From a virus, in the IMG/VR virus record IMGVR_UViG_3300045988_112234, positions 51,374 to 115,373 of that record: a stretch of 64,000 nucleotides of DNA; one strand, 5' to 3'. The notes under the pieces were generated by a model, which searched no databases, was not told where the DNA came from, and saw only the letters and a list, made by a program, of their open reading frames with translations. Below, one piece after another: positions 9,403 to 19,851 of this stretch. Every line of letters begins with the position of its first letter. Positions within the stretch are counted from its first letter, which is position 1. The position numbers were made by a program, and so were the translations under genes.

Positions 9403-9913
9403 GTAAGTAATTATTAAAGTCTTCCGACTCTTTTATACATTCATACCCATATTCTATCTCTTCTTTATCTAAACTATAAATCTTACCATAAGGACCCCAT
9501 TTTTCATTAGATTCAGAAGCTACTAATAAGCAAGGCAATCCTGCTAGATTCATCTGAATAAAATTACTAATAGAATCATCAATAAAAATATCAACTCTAC
9601 CTTTTATATACCGAGCTTTATTAGCACGCTGGCACAAGACTTGATAAACAGGTTTATTAGGATAACCATTATTCTTTAGCCATGTTTTACTATAGTCTTT
9701 ATTACATACTCTTTTAGTACAATATAATTCAGGTATAAAGTTTATTTTATTTTTTATTGGAAGATTTATCCACCATTCTCTGTCTTTTATTAAAACTTGT
9801 TGTACATTTTTTGTTATTTCTCCATCAGACTTAGGATATCCAAATCTTTTTAAATATGGATTCATAAACTCATTTAATGTATCATCTAAATCTAAACCAA
9901 TTCTTAATTTCAT
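9377..9913 (-). CDS. HAD-superfamily hydrolase, 5'(3')-deoxyribonucleotidase-like
   Basis: N-terminal GLDLDDTL (DxDxT/V HAD motif I). Confidence 0.6.
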   Translation of the reverse strand: MKLRIGLDLDDTLNEFMNPYLKRFGYPKSDGEITKNVQQVLIKDREWWINLPIKNKINFIPELYCTKRVCNKDYSKTWLKNNGYPNKPVYQVLCQRANKARYIKGRVDIFIDDSISNFIQMNLAGLPCLLVASESNEKWGPYGKIYSLDKEEIEYGYECIKESEDFNNYLREIKSNFY

Positions 9914-10155
9914 AGATTAAATAATTCCTCAATATCTCTTATATATGTTACCCCAATACCTTTCTTAGCCAATTCAGCTCTGATATTTATCCAGCTATTA
10001 TTGTTATCAAGAATAGCATATGTATCATCGTCTAAATTTAAGTACTTATCAACTTCTTCTTTAGCCTTTTCAACAGCTTCCTCATATGAAGATGCAGTTA
10101 ACTTATGAAGTTTATTTTTATCACTCTGACAAATTGCAAAAATATAATTATTCAT
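9910..10155 (-). CDS. hypothetical protein (81 aa)
   Basis: ORF with ATGA overlap to the downstream gene. Confidence 0.45.
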   Translation of the reverse strand: MNNYIFAICQSDKNKLHKLTASSYEEAVEKAKEEVDKYLNLDDDTYAILDNNNSWINIRAELAKKGIGVTYIRDIEELFNL

Positions 10156-10336
10156 TTGGTATTGTTATATATAATTATCATTATAATAATAAATAATATC
10201 ATTATGGTAATTGGGAGTGATAAAAATATTACCACTGCTAATGTTATCCAACTCCATAACAATATTCCAAAAATCTTAAGTAAAATTAATATTGTACTTA
10301 TTATAAAATCTATTACTCCTAAGGCTAATAGTTCTC

Positions 10337-10846
10337 TCATATTAAATTATTACTTTTAGAATAACATTCTAATAAAGTATAAAAGAAATCCATAGGAATC
10401 ATTGCTATTGCTCCTGGACTAACACTACCTTCTGTTGGAACCTTCTTCCAGCATAGCACAAATGACTTGTCCTTATAAGGGCAAGAATTTTCTATCTTAA
10501 AATATGCTGGAGTATTAGCAGTATGTTTTGCTTGAATATTTATAGGTAATTTTCCAGACCTATCAATAATATCAACTTTATTATTATCTGTAAACTTACT
10601 CTCTCCTCTAGCACTTACACACTCAGTATACCCCATATCTCTAAGATGATGAATTATATCTGCTTCCCATGCACTTCCTTTATTTCTAGATTTTTTAGCT
10701 TGATAACTCTTCTTAGTATGGCTATCTATCCATTCATATAAAGTGCCATCAGCCATTTTTCCAGATTTATTACATCTAATTTTAAGAGCTGCTTGACTTA
10801 TTTTAGTTTTCTCAGAGCATTCCTCTATAGATGTATAATCGTGCAC
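10337..10846 (-). CDS. hypothetical protein (169 aa)
   Basis: ORF in array. Confidence 0.55.
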   Translation of the reverse strand: MHDYTSIEECSEKTKISQAALKIRCNKSGKMADGTLYEWIDSHTKKSYQAKKSRNKGSAWEADIIHHLRDMGYTECVSARGESKFTDNNKVDIIDRSGKLPINIQAKHTANTPAYFKIENSCPYKDKSFVLCWKKVPTEGSVSPGAIAMIPMDFFYTLLECYSKSNNLI

Positions 10847-10892
10847 ATCGCCGTTTTTATATGTTATTCTAATAGCAGTATTCAGATTCTAA

Positions 10893-11903
10893 TTACTTTT
10901 TGACATAGTTACTTAATTTTTTTATATAATACTTTATAAATTTTAAAGTATTCTGTCGACCATATTTTTTATAAAAATCACTTATATCTTTTACTTTGAA
11001 TTTATGAGGTATAAAGAAATAAAGTAATTCTGGATGATTTCTTCTTATCTTAGCCATATTAAACATTCCAGGTCTATCATTATCATAAAAAGTTACTATA
11101 TAAGTAAATCTTTCTTTTAGATCATTTAACATATTTTCAGATAACCATTGTGTTTCACTATTTGGAGCACAGGCTGTTACACCTAAACCTCTTAAACACA
11201 TAGTATCCTTCATACTTTTAGTTATAACTAATAAAGTACCTTTTTTAGGTAACTGACTATAACCTTGAACCTTTTTAGAGGGCCAATTTGTTAGAAATCT
11301 ATATTCCTTACGTTTAGGATAATAAATTCTCCACAATTCTTTACCTTGCATTGTTCCTCCATAATATCCGAAGATAAAGTTATCTTTAGTCTTTATAGTT
11401 TGAATATTACCATTTAAAAATACAGTACGACAAGAATATACTTTATATTTATTTAGTAATTCTAAAGAAACTCCTTGTTTACCCCACCATTTTAATTCAT
11501 CTTCTGAGAAATCTTTTATTTCTACTCGTATATCTGCTGGCTCATTTGTTTTAACAAAAGAAGTGCTTGATTGTATTACAGAATGATAATTATTTTGTCC
11601 TTTTAATAAGCCAAAATCTTTAGCTATAATGTCTAATGCTTGATGGTATTTACAAGCATATTTAGTCATAACTACTGATATAAAGTTTCCATAAAAGCTC
11701 CCATTAAAATCATGGAATATAAGTTCTCCTTTAGAGTTACGAAAAAAGGAAGCCGTAGGATTTTTATCTTTACGTAAAGGATTACAAATTAATTTTTTTG
11801 AAACTTTTACGCCAAGATAATACTCCATATAGGCTTCCTCTGTGTTATATTTAAGTAAGTAGTCCTTAGTAATATCTGGTTTATAAGAAAAATCTAATTC
11901 CAT
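10893..11903 (-). CDS. DNA primase (zinc-binding N-terminus plus TOPRIM domain)
   Basis: CNPLRKDKNPTASFF resembles the primase Zn-finger CP.H.EKTPSF; TOPRIM-like LLVITKSMKD...TFYDNDRPG (E ... DxD). Confidence 0.6.
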   Translation of the reverse strand: MELDFSYKPDITKDYLLKYNTEEAYMEYYLGVKVSKKLICNPLRKDKNPTASFFRNSKGELIFHDFNGSFYGNFISVVMTKYACKYHQALDIIAKDFGLLKGQNNYHSVIQSSTSFVKTNEPADIRVEIKDFSEDELKWWGKQGVSLELLNKYKVYSCRTVFLNGNIQTIKTKDNFIFGYYGGTMQGKELWRIYYPKRKEYRFLTNWPSKKVQGYSQLPKKGTLLVITKSMKDTMCLRGLGVTACAPNSETQWLSENMLNDLKERFTYIVTFYDNDRPGMFNMAKIRRNHPELLYFFIPHKFKVKDISDFYKKYGRQNTLKFIKYYIKKLSNYVKK

Positions 11904-11926
11904 AAAAACTACTTACTTTATAATTA

Positions 11927-12697
11927 CTACATATCTGCCAGCATAGCATCGAAGTCTTCATCTTGAGCCTCCTTGCCTTCAGTAGAGTCAATAGATTTAG
12001 CCTCTTCTGAATCAGCTGCTGGCACAGGAGCAGTAGGCTTACGCTTCTCCATATCCTCTTTCTGCTTAATCTCATAATTAGAGAATGACAATTTATCTTC
12101 CTCTAAGCTAGCAAAATTATCACGGATATAGAACTGTCCATCACTATTAATAGCTCCAATATCAGGAATCTTAGCAAATACATTACCAGTTTCCTTTGAA
12201 ATTCCCTTTTCATCCTTTTTCTTTTCCTTATGACCGCTAAGCTTTAAATAAAAGTTTTTATTCATACAATACTTAGTCAATACTGCCTGGAAAAGCTGCA
12301 TGAATTGGTCAGTACTCTTACAAGTAGGAGCTTTAGTTACAAACAATTCTTTAGCTTTATCACCACCTACTACTGTTATAATATGCAGCATAAAACCTTT
12401 AAGCTGTTCAAATGCTGAAGGAAGTACATATGGGAATTCTACACCCTTAGAATCCTTTCTCTTACCCTCATATCTTTTAGCAGAACTTTCATTAGGATAA
12501 AACAATGATTCTTGATAAGTTCCTTGTTCTCCTTCAAAATGAAGTACCAGAGATTTCCAAGTTGTACTAGGGTCTTGTTTACCTTGACCTTCCTTAGTTT
12601 CTACACTTTTTAACTGAACGAGATAAATTCCATAAGGACGAAGACCTTTCTTACTTGTAGGATTAATATCACCAAGACCACCAAAATTTAAATTCAT
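11927..12697 (-). CDS. hypothetical protein with acidic C-terminal tail (possible ssDNA-binding/annealing protein)
   Basis: C-terminus ...DEDFDAMLADM; position between primase and ATPase. Confidence 0.5.
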   Translation of the reverse strand: MNLNFGGLGDINPTSKKGLRPYGIYLVQLKSVETKEGQGKQDPSTTWKSLVLHFEGEQGTYQESLFYPNESSAKRYEGKRKDSKGVEFPYVLPSAFEQLKGFMLHIITVVGGDKAKELFVTKAPTCKSTDQFMQLFQAVLTKYCMNKNFYLKLSGHKEKKKDEKGISKETGNVFAKIPDIGAINSDGQFYIRDNFASLEEDKLSFSNYEIKQKEDMEKRKPTAPVPAADSEEAKSIDSTEGKEAQDEDFDAMLADM

Positions 12698-12709
12698 ATT
12701 GCTATATTA

Positions 12710-13315
12710 TTAAAGATTATCGAAATTAAAATCATTATCTGAGATTTCTGTATCATCTGTGTTGCCGTCAATAAGACTAGCCATTTCGTCATCTAATTCA
12801 TCTTCTGATGCAATATCCTCTGCTTCAGGAACTACATCTTCTTTAATCTCAGGCTCTCGATTACCTGTTAATATAAACAATCCATCAATTTTAGGATGTG
12901 GAGTGAAAGTAAACTCATTACCATGCTCAGCAAGGTTCTGGTTATTCTTTCCTCTATATGAAACTGCATTCTTCTGAGTTAATTTATTACCTGACTGCGT
13001 ACCAAATGTTTCAGCAGCTCCGATAACTAAGCACTCCTTCTTATTAAGTTTCTGCTGTTTAATGTCTACCTTATCTCCTGGTTCTACACCAAGAGCCTCA
13101 ACAGCAGCCTTATTAAGAATATACTTATTCTCCTCAAGAATTAATAGTGGATTAGGATTTGTATCATCTACTTCTGAATCTTTCTTTTTAGAAGAAGACT
13201 TACGAGTAGACGGCTTCTTTACAGAATCATCCTTCAATTCACGTGTATCAGTAAAAATTTCTCCAGTTTCTTCATTAAGCCACTCGGACTTAATTGTCAT
13301 TTTAATTAGCTTCAT
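12710..13315 (-). CDS. hypothetical acidic protein (201 aa)
   Basis: ORF, D/E-rich termini. Confidence 0.55.
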   Translation of the reverse strand: MKLIKMTIKSEWLNEETGEIFTDTRELKDDSVKKPSTRKSSSKKKDSEVDDTNPNPLLILEENKYILNKAAVEALGVEPGDKVDIKQQKLNKKECLVIGAAETFGTQSGNKLTQKNAVSYRGKNNQNLAEHGNEFTFTPHPKIDGLFILTGNREPEIKEDVVPEAEDIASEDELDDEMASLIDGNTDDTEISDNDFNFDNL

Positions 13316-14057
13316 TTAAAATATTGTCATCATTATTGGTTTCATTATGGTCATCTGCGATTTCTTCTTCTTCCTCACTATATTCAAAGTTATGGATAGT
13401 ATCTAAAACCTTCTGCATATTAGGTTCAATCAGTTTATCTTTAAAACATCCATCAACACTACGACAAGTATCATTACCATTGGTTTTGGTTCTAAAGAAA
13501 TAACTAATATTGCCCTCATCATCAACCTGGCGTTCAGTATATAAAATATAAGAAAATAAACCATCAATATTTACAGTTCTATCCAACATTTTACCACTAG
13601 AATATAACTGCCAATGTTCATCGAGGTCAGTACCAGCATTAATAATATGACTAATGAATACTACATTAAGATCTTCACGCAGTTCACTAGCTTCCATGAT
13701 TAAATCATAGTAATTTTTAGCAAACACAACGTGCTTATCCCAACCTTTTTCAAGGGCAGAATCCATTATATTATTTGAAAGACAATAGTTAGCATCATCT
13801 ATGACTACTGTCTTAATATCAGAACGTAATTTATCAATAATCTTTAACCACTTACCAATAGTAGTATAATCATTAGACACAAGCCAATTTCCAACTGGCT
13901 TCTTATTTACAACTTCAGCTTTCTTATACTTACGTCTAAATCCAGGAATTTGAAGTTGCTTGTTAGTGCAACTAATGATAAATGTTGATTTATAATCTAA
14001 ATAACGCAAAGAAGTGCTTTTTCCGGTACCACTCAAACCTGCTAAACCAATAATCAT
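13302..14057 (-). CDS. P-loop NTPase (AAA_24/Sak4-like phage ATPase)
   Basis: Walker A GLSGTGKST at the N-terminus; Walker B-like VVIDDA. Confidence 0.65.
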   Translation of the reverse strand: MIIGLAGLSGTGKSTSLRYLDYKSTFIISCTNKQLQIPGFRRKYKKAEVVNKKPVGNWLVSNDYTTIGKWLKIIDKLRSDIKTVVIDDANYCLSNNIMDSALEKGWDKHVVFAKNYYDLIMEASELREDLNVVFISHIINAGTDLDEHWQLYSSGKMLDRTVNIDGLFSYILYTERQVDDEGNISYFFRTKTNGNDTCRSVDGCFKDKLIEPNMQKVLDTIHNFEYSEEEEEIADDHNETNNDDNILNEAN

Positions 14058-15136
14058 AAACTATAGTCTAATTTATTTTTCACTTTTTTATCTTTATCTT
14101 CATTCTTTATTGTATTATCTGTTGAACTGTTATTTGTAGCTCGATATCTAGAATAATCAAAGATTTCTTCTGGCTTAGGCATTTCCATCCACTTATTTAC
14201 TGCTCCGTCAAAGAAACAGCAATCAGCTACTTGGTTTTCTCCATATCTTGACTTTAGTACAAGAATACTTCGAAACCTATAACCCATTTCTTTAACTTGG
14301 TAACCTCTATAAGTTATTCTTTTATCAACTTGAGGATTATATACAGCTAAAATAATTTCAGAATTCTCTGAAACAGTGGATGTTTCCTTAATATCCTCCA
14401 CCATTGGCTCCATGAAAGCTTCATTCTTTTTTCTTTCCATGTTAGCCACTGCTCTATTGGATTGCATAACAATAATTGGAGATAATCCTGTTTTATTTCT
14501 AATGATAACTAATTTATTAGTATAATCATCAATTTCTCCTTTTCTGCTCCTTCCATTGGATGGTTGGATCAATCCAACATGGTCAGTTACTGAAAGTATT
14601 ACTTTTTTAGGGTCTTTCGGAATATATTTATTCTCTGTAAATTCTCCTTCTTTTTTAAGCTCTTCCATTGTAACTTTTATGAGCCTATCAGAATTAAAAG
14701 AGCCTTCGTATATAGTTAGTACTTTATATACTTTTTCTAGCCAATCATATCCTAGTTGTACATACTCATATAAATCATCAGGTAAAATATAATCTTTACC
14801 TATAGATAATATTTGTTTAGCAGTTACAACAATATGATAGGTATCATATAAATAGGTACTTAATAATTTAGCTATAATAAAGTCTTCTTTCATTTCAAGA
14901 GCAAAGAAAATAATTTTTAATTTATTATCTTCTAAATGTTCTTTTAAAGGAGCATATATGTAAGAATATAATACACATGAACTTTTACCTTGTCCTGAAC
15001 TCGCAAATAAAAGAGTCATGGTACTTTTAGTAATACCTCCTATTAATTCTTCCAATTTAGGAAGACCCATACTAAATCCTTGATTAAATCCTTGTCTACC
15101 AAGCTCTATCGAACGTTTAAAACTTTCTAAACTCAC
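14054..15136 (-). CDS. replicative DNA helicase, DnaB/gp4 family (RecA-like C-domain)
   Basis: LIGGITKSTMTLLFASSGQGKSS Walker A region; adjacent to primase. Confidence 0.6.
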   Translation of the reverse strand: MSLESFKRSIELGRQGFNQGFSMGLPKLEELIGGITKSTMTLLFASSGQGKSSCVLYSYIYAPLKEHLEDNKLKIIFFALEMKEDFIIAKLLSTYLYDTYHIVVTAKQILSIGKDYILPDDLYEYVQLGYDWLEKVYKVLTIYEGSFNSDRLIKVTMEELKKEGEFTENKYIPKDPKKVILSVTDHVGLIQPSNGRSRKGEIDDYTNKLVIIRNKTGLSPIIVMQSNRAVANMERKKNEAFMEPMVEDIKETSTVSENSEIILAVYNPQVDKRITYRGYQVKEMGYRFRSILVLKSRYGENQVADCCFFDGAVNKWMEMPKPEEIFDYSRYRATNNSSTDNTIKNEDKDKKVKNKLDYSL

Positions 15137-15744
15137 AGAGTGGTGATTGAATTATAATTCATACCTGAATCTCCATTCTTTAAAGCTTCAAGGTCTTCCC
15201 ATTTTTCATCTACAATAAATGTAGCTAAGCTATAATTAATAATACCATTATCAGTATTAGCTTCCCAATCTAGTAAATCAATAATCTTTTTATGAAGTTC
15301 TTCATTCCAATGGATTTTCTTTCCATAAGTTCTATAAGCATCTTCAAGACTATTAAACTTTTTAGAAACACCTAGCATACTAGTTAAGCATCCATTAATA
15401 TTTCTAAATCTAGGATAATGTTCTCTAAGTTCTTTTCCCATTTCAAAGGAACTCTTAGCTAAACATTTTAGGAAGTTTTTATTAAATGGTATCTCTTCAG
15501 GAACTAGTTTCATTCCTGGAATAATTTTATAACTTTTAAGGATAAGACCTTTATCTTGTAAAGATTTAAGTATATCTATAAAACTTCCTACATACTTTTT
15601 ATCAATAGCCAAATACCTACGAAGATAATCTTCTGAATAATCTTCTATATAAGCATTAATAGCTTTAATAACAAATAATTCAGTAGGAGTAATATTATAT
15701 TTTTCTAAAATTGTTATTTCTTCATCAATGTTTAAATCAAACAT
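15133..15744 (-). CDS. hypothetical protein (203 aa)
   Basis: ORF in array. Confidence 0.55.
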   Translation of the reverse strand: MFDLNIDEEITILEKYNITPTELFVIKAINAYIEDYSEDYLRRYLAIDKKYVGSFIDILKSLQDKGLILKSYKIIPGMKLVPEEIPFNKNFLKCLAKSSFEMGKELREHYPRFRNINGCLTSMLGVSKKFNSLEDAYRTYGKKIHWNEELHKKIIDLLDWEANTDNGIINYSLATFIVDEKWEDLEALKNGDSGMNYNSITTL

Positions 15745-15822
15745 ACAGTAATTCGGATAATTAAAAGTCTTCCATACTGTAATTAAGTTAATCTCTTCTC
15801 AGAGCGATATTAATACATAGAT

Positions 15823-16953
15823 TCAGAATCTAAAATCAAATTTAGGAACTATCTTTTCACCTGGGGTAAAGTCTTTACCTTGTAATACTTTATCCAATTC
15901 TGATTCGTCTATAGTTATAAAAGAATCTCCCTTATGAGAATCATAAAACCACTTGGTCTCTTGAGTCCTATTTAATACTATATTGAATATCTCTGCTGTC
16001 TTACCTTTTTCAAAGCGGATTGATCTTCCTCTCCGTTGACAAGCTCTAGTAGTTGAACTATCTAATCCAAATATAATAGCTACAGAAAGACCTTTTACAT
16101 CAAGTCCTTCATCAGCTTTTTTTACTGTAGATAATAAAGTTATCTTTCCAGAGTTAAAATCTTCAATAGTTGTAGCACTTCTTTTCTTAGAAGTTCTACT
16201 AGAATATACAGTAGCATTAGGAATTTTTTCTGCCATTTTAATATTATTAGCAAAAGTTATTATTTTTTTATCCTTTCTAGCTTCTATAATTTTCTTTACT
16301 ATTTCAATTTTCTTTGGATGATTATTTATGAAAGCTTTTTTCTCATGCATAGTAGACCAGAATCTGATAGCATGGTAATTTATATTTTGCAATACTTCAG
16401 ATTTTTTGTTAGGATCACTACACATAGAATCTCTTAGGAGTAGTTTATTTCGCCAACCCATAGGACCGGCTAATTTATTAACTAACTCCCAAGAGAATCC
16501 GAAGAATTCAAAATGAGAAATGAATTCTTTATTTATTTTTTCATATTCTTCTAAATCATCAACATTTACTAAGACTAGATATTCTTTATATGGGCTAACC
16601 CAACCATTTGCAAGACAAGTATTAATATCAATAGTATCAATTACTGGACAGTATTTTGCTAATATTTTATCTCTACCATCAAGACGCTCAAAAGTAGCTG
16701 TAAGACCTAAGATAAATTGGTATTTTACTACTTCAAATAATCTTACAAAAGTCTCAGCTGCATATCTATGCGCTTCATCCAATACTAAAAGATCATATTT
16801 GGCAGGATGTTTTATTACAGTGTTTATTATTTGTACATCACAATTTAATCCTAGCCCATTAGAATCTATATGACCACACCATTGTTTTTGTAAAGTTTCT
16901 GTTGGTACAATTATTAGTACTCGATATTGTGGAAAGTGTTTTAGCACTGTTTT
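15823..16953 (-). CDS. SF2 (DEAH/UvsW-like) helicase, exon 2; begins at KTVLKHF, the second half of Walker A
   Basis: motifs LVLDEAHRY (II), GLTATFER (III), QRRGRSIR (VI). No Walker A in the ORF. The frame stays open upstream to 16953, then a stop follows. Confidence 0.7.
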   Translation of the reverse strand, partial: KTVLKHFPQYRVLIIVPTETLQKQWCGHIDSNGLGLNCDVQIINTVIKHPAKYDLLVLDEAHRYAAETFVRLFEVVKYQFILGLTATFERLDGRDKILAKYCPVIDTIDINTCLANGWVSPYKEYLVLVNVDDLEEYEKINKEFISHFEFFGFSWELVNKLAGPMGWRNKLLLRDSMCSDPNKKSEVLQNINYHAIRFWSTMHEKKAFINNHPKKIEIVKKIIEARKDKKIITFANNIKMAEKIPNATVYSSRTSKKRSATTIEDFNSGKITLLSTVKKADEGLDVKGLSVAIIFGLDSSTTRACQRRGRSIRFEKGKTAEIFNIVLNRTQETKWFYDSHKGDSFITIDESELDKVLQGKDFTPGEKIVPKFDFRF

Positions 16954-18192
16954 AATACAGTTTAGTCCTATTCTGGATTTCGGCCTTGTTATCGTATAGC
17001 TTTTTATCTATACTTCTTACTATTACTAATAAGCCCCGCATAAATTTTTACCCACTTATTTCAGTTGGGGCATCGAACACTCGTGGAGAAATTATATTCT
17101 AATAAAAATAGCCTATTTAATAACTAGACTATTAATTAGGTTCATTCTCTATGCTGTACGGTGTAGAAGATTCTTTAATTTCTTCTATTACCTCGGTATT
17201 ACCCTCTATAGGGCTTTCACCGATTTTGCTCGATGATAATTCTGCCCATTCCTGAACAGAACGGCTTCCATTTTTAAAAAATTCATATAATTTATATTTT
17301 CTATCTAAATAGATAGTACAATTATTGTATAAATAATTTATTAATTCAATTCCTGGTTCTTTGTGATACTCTAATGTCCATGTAAATTCTGTATAACATT
17401 TATCATGTCTATAATTTGCTTCTATTTTAGAATATTCTAAAATTTTATCAAGAAAATCTTTAGTTCCTAAAAAACTAATAGCAGGAGACACAATAGTATG
17501 ATGAATATGCCTGGTAAAACACCCATCACCATCAAAGTATCCCCTAATAAAATGTCTTATTAAATCCCTAGATTTAAAGATACTTTCATTAGGAAATTTT
17601 AATGTTAAACTCTTTCTAGGAGTACATCCATAATTATTAAGAGTTTCCCACAGATGCTTATTTGCTACGTACCATCTACATCTTTTACAAATTACTTTTC
17701 CACATTTAGCATCTTCAATAGTTACTTTATTAGCATTTTCATGCTTCATAAATTTATTGAATTTATCTAAATGGTTTTTATCACTTGCTTTTAAAGAAAT
17801 TTCTAATAAGTATCTAGATTTTCCTTTTAAGGAGTCTGAACTAATATATCCATCAGCAAATATGAAACCTAACCAGTAAGCTTTTTCTTCAGTATCTATA
17901 CAATCAAAAACTGTATTATCAAATTTTAATCTATTTTGTTTATTTATAATCTCTACTCCTAATTCTCTAAAATGTTTAGCTAATGTTTGGCGAGTAGTAC
18001 CTTCTCTTGCTGCCATTTTAGTAGGAGAGATAGATGAATTTAAAAATTCATCAGCTAAAGTTCTGTAATATTTTAATTTTTCTTGCATAAGTAATTATTT
18101 GTTACTTTACAAGTACAGTTAAAATATTACAGGTACAAAATAAATTTTACATTGAATACAAAATTACTAAATTGTTCAAAATTTTAATTGAA
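16954..18192 (-). mobile_element. about 1.24-kb insertion interrupting the helicase gene inside Walker A; candidate group I intron carrying a LAGLIDADG HEG
   Basis: exon 1 ends ...IVASTGFG and exon 2 starts KTVL..., which would restore AxTGxGKT. Flanks are a 130-nt 5' and a 180-nt GC-richer 3' non-coding segment around the HEG. Confidence 0.5.
17132..18088 (-). CDS. LAGLIDADG homing endonuclease (318 aa, standard code) with N-terminal HTH
   Basis: LIRHFIRGYFDGDGC motif; own ATG and stop; paralog of 6234-7229. Confidence 0.8.
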   Translation of the reverse strand: MQEKLKYYRTLADEFLNSSISPTKMAAREGTTRQTLAKHFRELGVEIINKQNRLKFDNTVFDCIDTEEKAYWLGFIFADGYISSDSLKGKSRYLLEISLKASDKNHLDKFNKFMKHENANKVTIEDAKCGKVICKRCRWYVANKHLWETLNNYGCTPRKSLTLKFPNESIFKSRDLIRHFIRGYFDGDGCFTRHIHHTIVSPAISFLGTKDFLDKILEYSKIEANYRHDKCYTEFTWTLEYHKEPGIELINYLYNNCTIYLDRKYKLYEFFKNGSRSVQEWAELSSSKIGESPIEGNTEVIEEIKESSTPYSIENEPN

Positions 18193-18324
18193 ACCAAATC
18201 CAGTAGATGCGACTATTGTCCCCACACAACGATTTTTTATCCATTTTCTACGACACTCTTCTTGTCGTTCATCTCTAGTGATTTTATGAAATAATTCTCC
18301 TTCAATCAGAGAGTTTGTAGCCAT
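18193..18324 (-). CDS. SF2 helicase exon 1 (MATNSLIEGELFHKITRDERQEECRRKWIKNRCVGTIVASTGFG)
   Basis: ATG at 18322-18324 overlaps the end of 18302-19288 in another frame; ends with the first half of Walker A. Confidence 0.55.
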
Positions 18325-19288
18325 TGTAATCAGCTACTGCTTTGATTTGTTTAATACGCTTCTCCCACTCTGAAGCTTGCCATCTAACCTTATTTTCGAG
18401 ATGCAGTAAAACTTTATCTCTTAAGGTTTCCAATTGTACTTTAGTCAGATCATTATAACGCTTATCATATTTATCCTTACGGAAGGTAAACATTGCGCTA
18501 AACTCTTTTAGAGTTAAGCCTTTTCTATCATCAATTTTTAAAACAAGACCTTTTCTATCTTCAGGATTCTTAGGGTCTCTCAGTTTAATATTTAGAAGTT
18601 CAGCAACTTGCTTAATTCTATCTACTAAACGACCATTCTCGTCTTTTTTATTTAATTCTAATAACTCAGAACGTGTAAACCACAATCCAAGCTCAGTAAT
18701 AAATGTAAGAGTAATGTGTTTACGGATACATTTACCTAAAGCAGATAAACAAGCTTCTCTAACGATATACAATGGTAATGAAGCAAACATGGTAAATGAA
18801 TCTTCATCACTATTCATAATATCATTAAGAGTCCACTCTTTAAAGAGAGTTTCTGCAATAGCACTAACATTTGTTTCGCCCTCACCACTTTCTGCATTCT
18901 CTTTAGCAAACTGTTCTGCCTGAGCAGTAATCTGCTGATTGAGCATATTAAAGAAACTAGTTCTTACAATACCTTGTCTAGTACTACCTTCACCTGGGTA
19001 CAATAGCCAAATTAAGAACAACTCAGCATTACAGCGAGTTCTTTGATCTTCAATCTGTTCCAACAAAACTCGTCGTCCAGGATTTTCATAGTTGTCACTA
19101 TAAAGCATTGATTCACAATGTTTATATGCTTTACGTAATTCTTCTTCAGTCATATCTATCATTTTCATGGAAGACTGAATGCGTTCACCATCTACAATTT
19201 TTCTGGAACCTTTCCAGAGAAATGTTTCTACATCGTTATTCTTAGCTTCAAAAGCTTGATTGAGTTTATCACCTAAAACTGTTGTCAT
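18302..19288 (-). CDS. hypothetical protein (328 aa)
   Basis: long ORF. Confidence 0.6.
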   Translation of the reverse strand: MTTVLGDKLNQAFEAKNNDVETFLWKGSRKIVDGERIQSSMKMIDMTEEELRKAYKHCESMLYSDNYENPGRRVLLEQIEDQRTRCNAELFLIWLLYPGEGSTRQGIVRTSFFNMLNQQITAQAEQFAKENAESGEGETNVSAIAETLFKEWTLNDIMNSDEDSFTMFASLPLYIVREACLSALGKCIRKHITLTFITELGLWFTRSELLELNKKDENGRLVDRIKQVAELLNIKLRDPKNPEDRKGLVLKIDDRKGLTLKEFSAMFTFRKDKYDKRYNDLTKVQLETLRDKVLLHLENKVRWQASEWEKRIKQIKAVADYNGYKLSD

Positions 19289-19304
19289 AAATCTTAAAGA
19301 TTAT

Positions 19305-19643
19305 TTATTGTATTATTATATCATCTACGTTTTTAGGTCTCTGAGGGACAAACTTAATAAACCAGATATTATTATATCTGTATTTCTGTTGTGTGTCTCC
19401 ATCGTACCATTCATCTATCCCTGCTATTACAGGCTTCACTTCGAGATAACCAATATCCCCATAATTTATAGTAGCAGCGCTCCAATTAGGAGGTTGAGTA
19501 CACATAAGGTATTTAGTCTTTTCTCTAAGCTTATCCTCATTATCTAACAATTCGAATACATATATCACATAGCCTAAGCTATCATTAAATTTCTCAAGTA
19601 ATTTACTATAAACAACCATTAATTGATAAATAAATTTCCTCAA
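19305..19643 (-). CDS. hypothetical protein (112 aa)
   Basis: ORF. Confidence 0.5.
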   Translation of the reverse strand: MRKFIYQLMVVYSKLLEKFNDSLGYVIYVFELLDNEDKLREKTKYLMCTQPPNWSAATINYGDIGYLEVKPVIAGIDEWYDGDTQQKYRYNNIWFIKFVPQRPKNVDDIIIQ

Positions 19644-19851
19644 TAATATGGTAATCCTTTTTCAAGGCGTAAATATTATTTATCAATTTTTAGTAATTTT
19701 AGTTATCTAGGATTATAATTTCTGCATCCATACCTAGCAAAATTACATTTAAGCATGTCCATATTTACTAAGCATTTATATCTTTTACAATTCTTACAAT
19801 CTCTATCTGGAAATTTAAATTTCTTACCGTCAGTATCCTTTATGTAAGTAT

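Noticed and set aside
16954-18192. Strict group I intron assignment for the helicase insertion
   Set aside because: Not rejected, but downgraded. I could not place a terminal G (omega-G) at the junction that restores Walker A, nor recognise the P7 pairing by eye. It is reported as a candidate intron or split gene only.
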